Assembly: GCA_051294905.1 (NCBI GenBank)
Contig: CM119372.1
Location: 29,018,001-29,082,000, forward strand
Direction of reading: 5' to 3'
DNA: 64,000 nt
From: Botryllus schlosseri
Taxonomy: Eukaryota
Each line of letters starts with the position of its first letter. The first letter of the stretch is position 1. The position numbers and the translations under genes were made by a program. This document shows positions 61,031-64,000 of the stretch, piece after piece. Below the pieces are notes generated by a model, which searched no databases, had not been told where the DNA came from, and saw only the letters and a list, made by a program, of their open reading frames with translations.

Positions 61031-64000
61031 ATCACTAAACAGGAAATTCACTAAACCGCAGTGCATTGTGCGATTTTGAAAACAGATGTTTGCGCTTGCG
61101 TTTTGATATGTCTGACCTACTAAATACGTCCGTTTTGCGAACACGGTTTGTTGTGAGGATTACGCAGCGCGTGCGGCCTACATTTCGAATGACCTGTGTG
61201 CTGAATTGTTTCCCGTCCAACCGTGTGCTACTATCGATTATTACGCTAGTCCAGTCAGTGCGAAATAGTTTGCTAAATCTAAGAATCAGTCGCATGGTGT
61301 TACTTTAGTAATTAGTTTACCATAGAGCCGGCGTAGCCGGTGATTCGAATACCGACAAATTTTCACTTATTTCTGACCCAACCCTAATCCTCTGTGAAGT
61401 TGACGCTTATTCAAAAAGGTGTGAAATAATTGTAAAATCCTAATCCGAAACCGATTATTTCGACTTTGGCGTAGTGCGCATTGAAATAGGATTGACAAAC
61501 ATGACTACCAACTTCCCCCACAGTCCCGTTTCGATATTATACACACATTGATTTGAAACAAGTAATGTAACATTACAACTCTATTACCGATCCAGCTTTC
61601 CGTTTGTCAAAGAGACATTTTAACATCTTACCATACTCAAAAGAATTATTCACAACATTAACAAGTGTTTAAAATCTACTTTTCACTTACTTGGCTATAT
61701 CACTACAACTCGCAAACTTGAATTAATTCATCCTTGTGGTATTCGTATGACAGATAATTTTTATTCAACTGTAAAAGTCGTTACTAATCTATAACACAAA
61801 GTAATCACTACTCGGGAAATCTAGTTTTCACTTACTTGATTATATCACTACAACTCATAAATTTGAATTAATTCATCCTGGTTGTACTCGTATGATCGGT
61901 CTTTTTTTATTCGATTGTAATGGTCGTTACTATTCTGAAGACAAAGTATTTACTAATCGGTGCATATACGATTTGACTTGAACATATTATATTTTGAGTA
62001 TACGAGATTTGAATGTCTGAACAATAACTGAGAAATAATTTATCACAATTATATCCGTATATTACAGCGTAAAAGATATTTGAATGTCAGCAACTCGGTA
62101 AGGTCATAGTTACTACCACATTACCTAATTTTCCCGACCAACTCGTCATGATCATTCCCGAAATCAACACAAACATGACTACTGACTTGAGTTAACCACA
62201 AAACAGCATCAAGTTTTAAATCTACTTGTAGCTTACGGCTTATTCGAATGCGGGTTATGTTTTGTTGTAATTGAGTGTACGGAAATAGTATTACGTCTCG
62301 ACATCTCACCACCTTACCATATTCAAAGAGTCAACCACGAAAACATTGTCAAGTAAATCCGTTTGTAACTTACCCGACCAACTCAAACAGTATCAGTATG
62401 AAAAACAGCCAAACATACACGAATCCATACAATCACTAAAACCTAAAATCCATAACAAGCTTGGTTGTATTCATATCCCTACACATCTTTTTTATTCAAC
62501 TTGAAAAGTCGTTACTATTCTGTAAGATAGAGGAATTACTACGCGGTATATTTTGCAAGACAAACTAATTACTACTCGGTATATTTTGTAAGACAAAAGT
62601 AATTACTTCTCAGTGTCGGCGACTTGAGATTAACATAATATGTTTGAGTATACGAGATTTGAAAGTCCGACCAACGTAGTTGAGAATTCATTTCTTACAA
62701 TCGAACGATGGTGTTATATTCAAAGTTATCATGCTGTGAACATAAGGATTGACACATTGATTTGACATATGAGATTTTGTAATAGTTGATCATTACTTTA
62801 TTATTAAATTATTTGCGTTAATTAGACCCGGCGTTGTGTTAAATGTTATGACAACAACAAACTTTTCAGTACCAATGTTATTAACATATTAAGCTGTAAA
62901 ACTATGTGTGTCTGAAATGTTCTTGATAGGAAAATTACTCCACCTTGGTAAAAATCACTCTGCGTATCGCGGATATCAGAAAATATTTCCAGTAACCAAG
63001 ACTAAAGATGCAACGGCAATATCGGTATTATTACATTCAACAATCAGTACAATTATTAAAATCTATCGTTTGCGATAAACAGCACTAAAGATGTAATAAT
63101 TCCAGTATTCATACATTGAACATCCGATACAAAATGCTTTATTATCCCGATTCCTAACGGGTAATTGAAACGACTAAGTGTAGAATCAGTATATCACAAT
63201 ATCGTTACTATTGAATCCGACGATTTATTGTCGGAATTTGTGACAGAGAATTGAAACATATGCACTTTACAGAGTGAGAAAATATCACTTTGAGCATCGA
63301 GTACCGTTCGAAGCTAGCGATCAATTCTTAATCATTTCAGTAACTCCCCATTGTGCGTGCTAAATGTAAAATATCGCGAGGTTATACACTCTAAGACTTT
63401 GATTATTGCAAAAGTAAATTGTGATATGTTTGTTAGATGCATCCAATTCAACTAGAAATGTCTAGTGCCCAACACTCGTAATATCGAAAAAGTACTTGCT
63501 ACATTGTTATTTGCTAAACGTGTTTTGCATTGTTGTTCATTTCTAGTATTGATTGAAATCGTTCTTGAACCCTCAAATAATAATTCCCGACATGAAACCA
63601 AGCCGCTGAAAGTCGTTACCATGACGAAGAAACAATGTGTACGATGTTTATCAAATGTGTCCTACCTGGCCAACAGAAAACAATTTTCACTCACTCGAAA
63701 TGAAACCAATGGGATGGTCTCCATTCGATATTTTGTTTGTGTCAAATACTTTGCAATGAACACATTTGCGTGGTTGAGCTTTACATCATCAAGCTGTTAT
63801 TTGTAAATCAAGATTTCGGTAAACTTATAAATGTATCATTTAACTAACCGACATTTAGTGATTGGGGAACATACCAAACGATACACATCCATCTCCGAAA
63901 TACTGCATTGATCTTAATTTCCATCATCGTGATAATCGAAGTACATTTCTTTCGAATTCGTAACAACCGGTGTTTCTACGACACGATAAATTTTTGACAA

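Larger units (their letters stand above)
59215..64000. mobile_element. Terminus of a large insertion, Polinton/Maverick-like (runs off the window end)
   Basis: Homology to the copy 1 intron stops at 59214; removing the MITE gives the terminus AGTAGTATAGTAG, followed by a tandem-repeat block and AT-rich decayed ORFs. No hallmark Polinton gene recognised. Confidence 0.5.

Overview
AT-rich, intron-containing animal genomic DNA, densely packed with transposons. An ascidian/tunicate origin is plausible, but this is inferred from gene architecture only. The host genes are spliced and mostly invisible in the ORF track. There are two tandem, minus-strand paralogues of a galactose-type (QPD/WND) C-type lectin gene. 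Copy 1 (7674 to 498, running off the window start) has a signal-peptide exon and three in-frame exons forming a complete C-type lectin domain (CTLD). Copy 2 shows the same last CTLD exon (58232-58347) and a phase-compatible 288-nt immunoglobulin-domain exon (53187-53474), giving a lectin-Ig chimeric protein. Its upstream exons are pushed out of the window by a large insertion starting at 59215 that looks like a Polinton/Maverick terminus. The ~45 kb between the genes contains four main things. (1) A near-intact Tip100/ZMYM1-like hAT transposon inserted in its own deletion derivative. (2) A 5'-truncated RNase H-bearing LINE whose (TAA)n tail holds a near-full-length R4/Dong element, with one 12-bp TSD around both. 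(3) A 1.65-kb foldback element. (4) Many hAT MITEs nested up to five deep, tRNA-derived SINEs and decayed transposase/RT fragments. No prokaryotic features, CRISPR arrays or real tRNA/rRNA genes were found. All family assignments come from motif recognition, not database searches.
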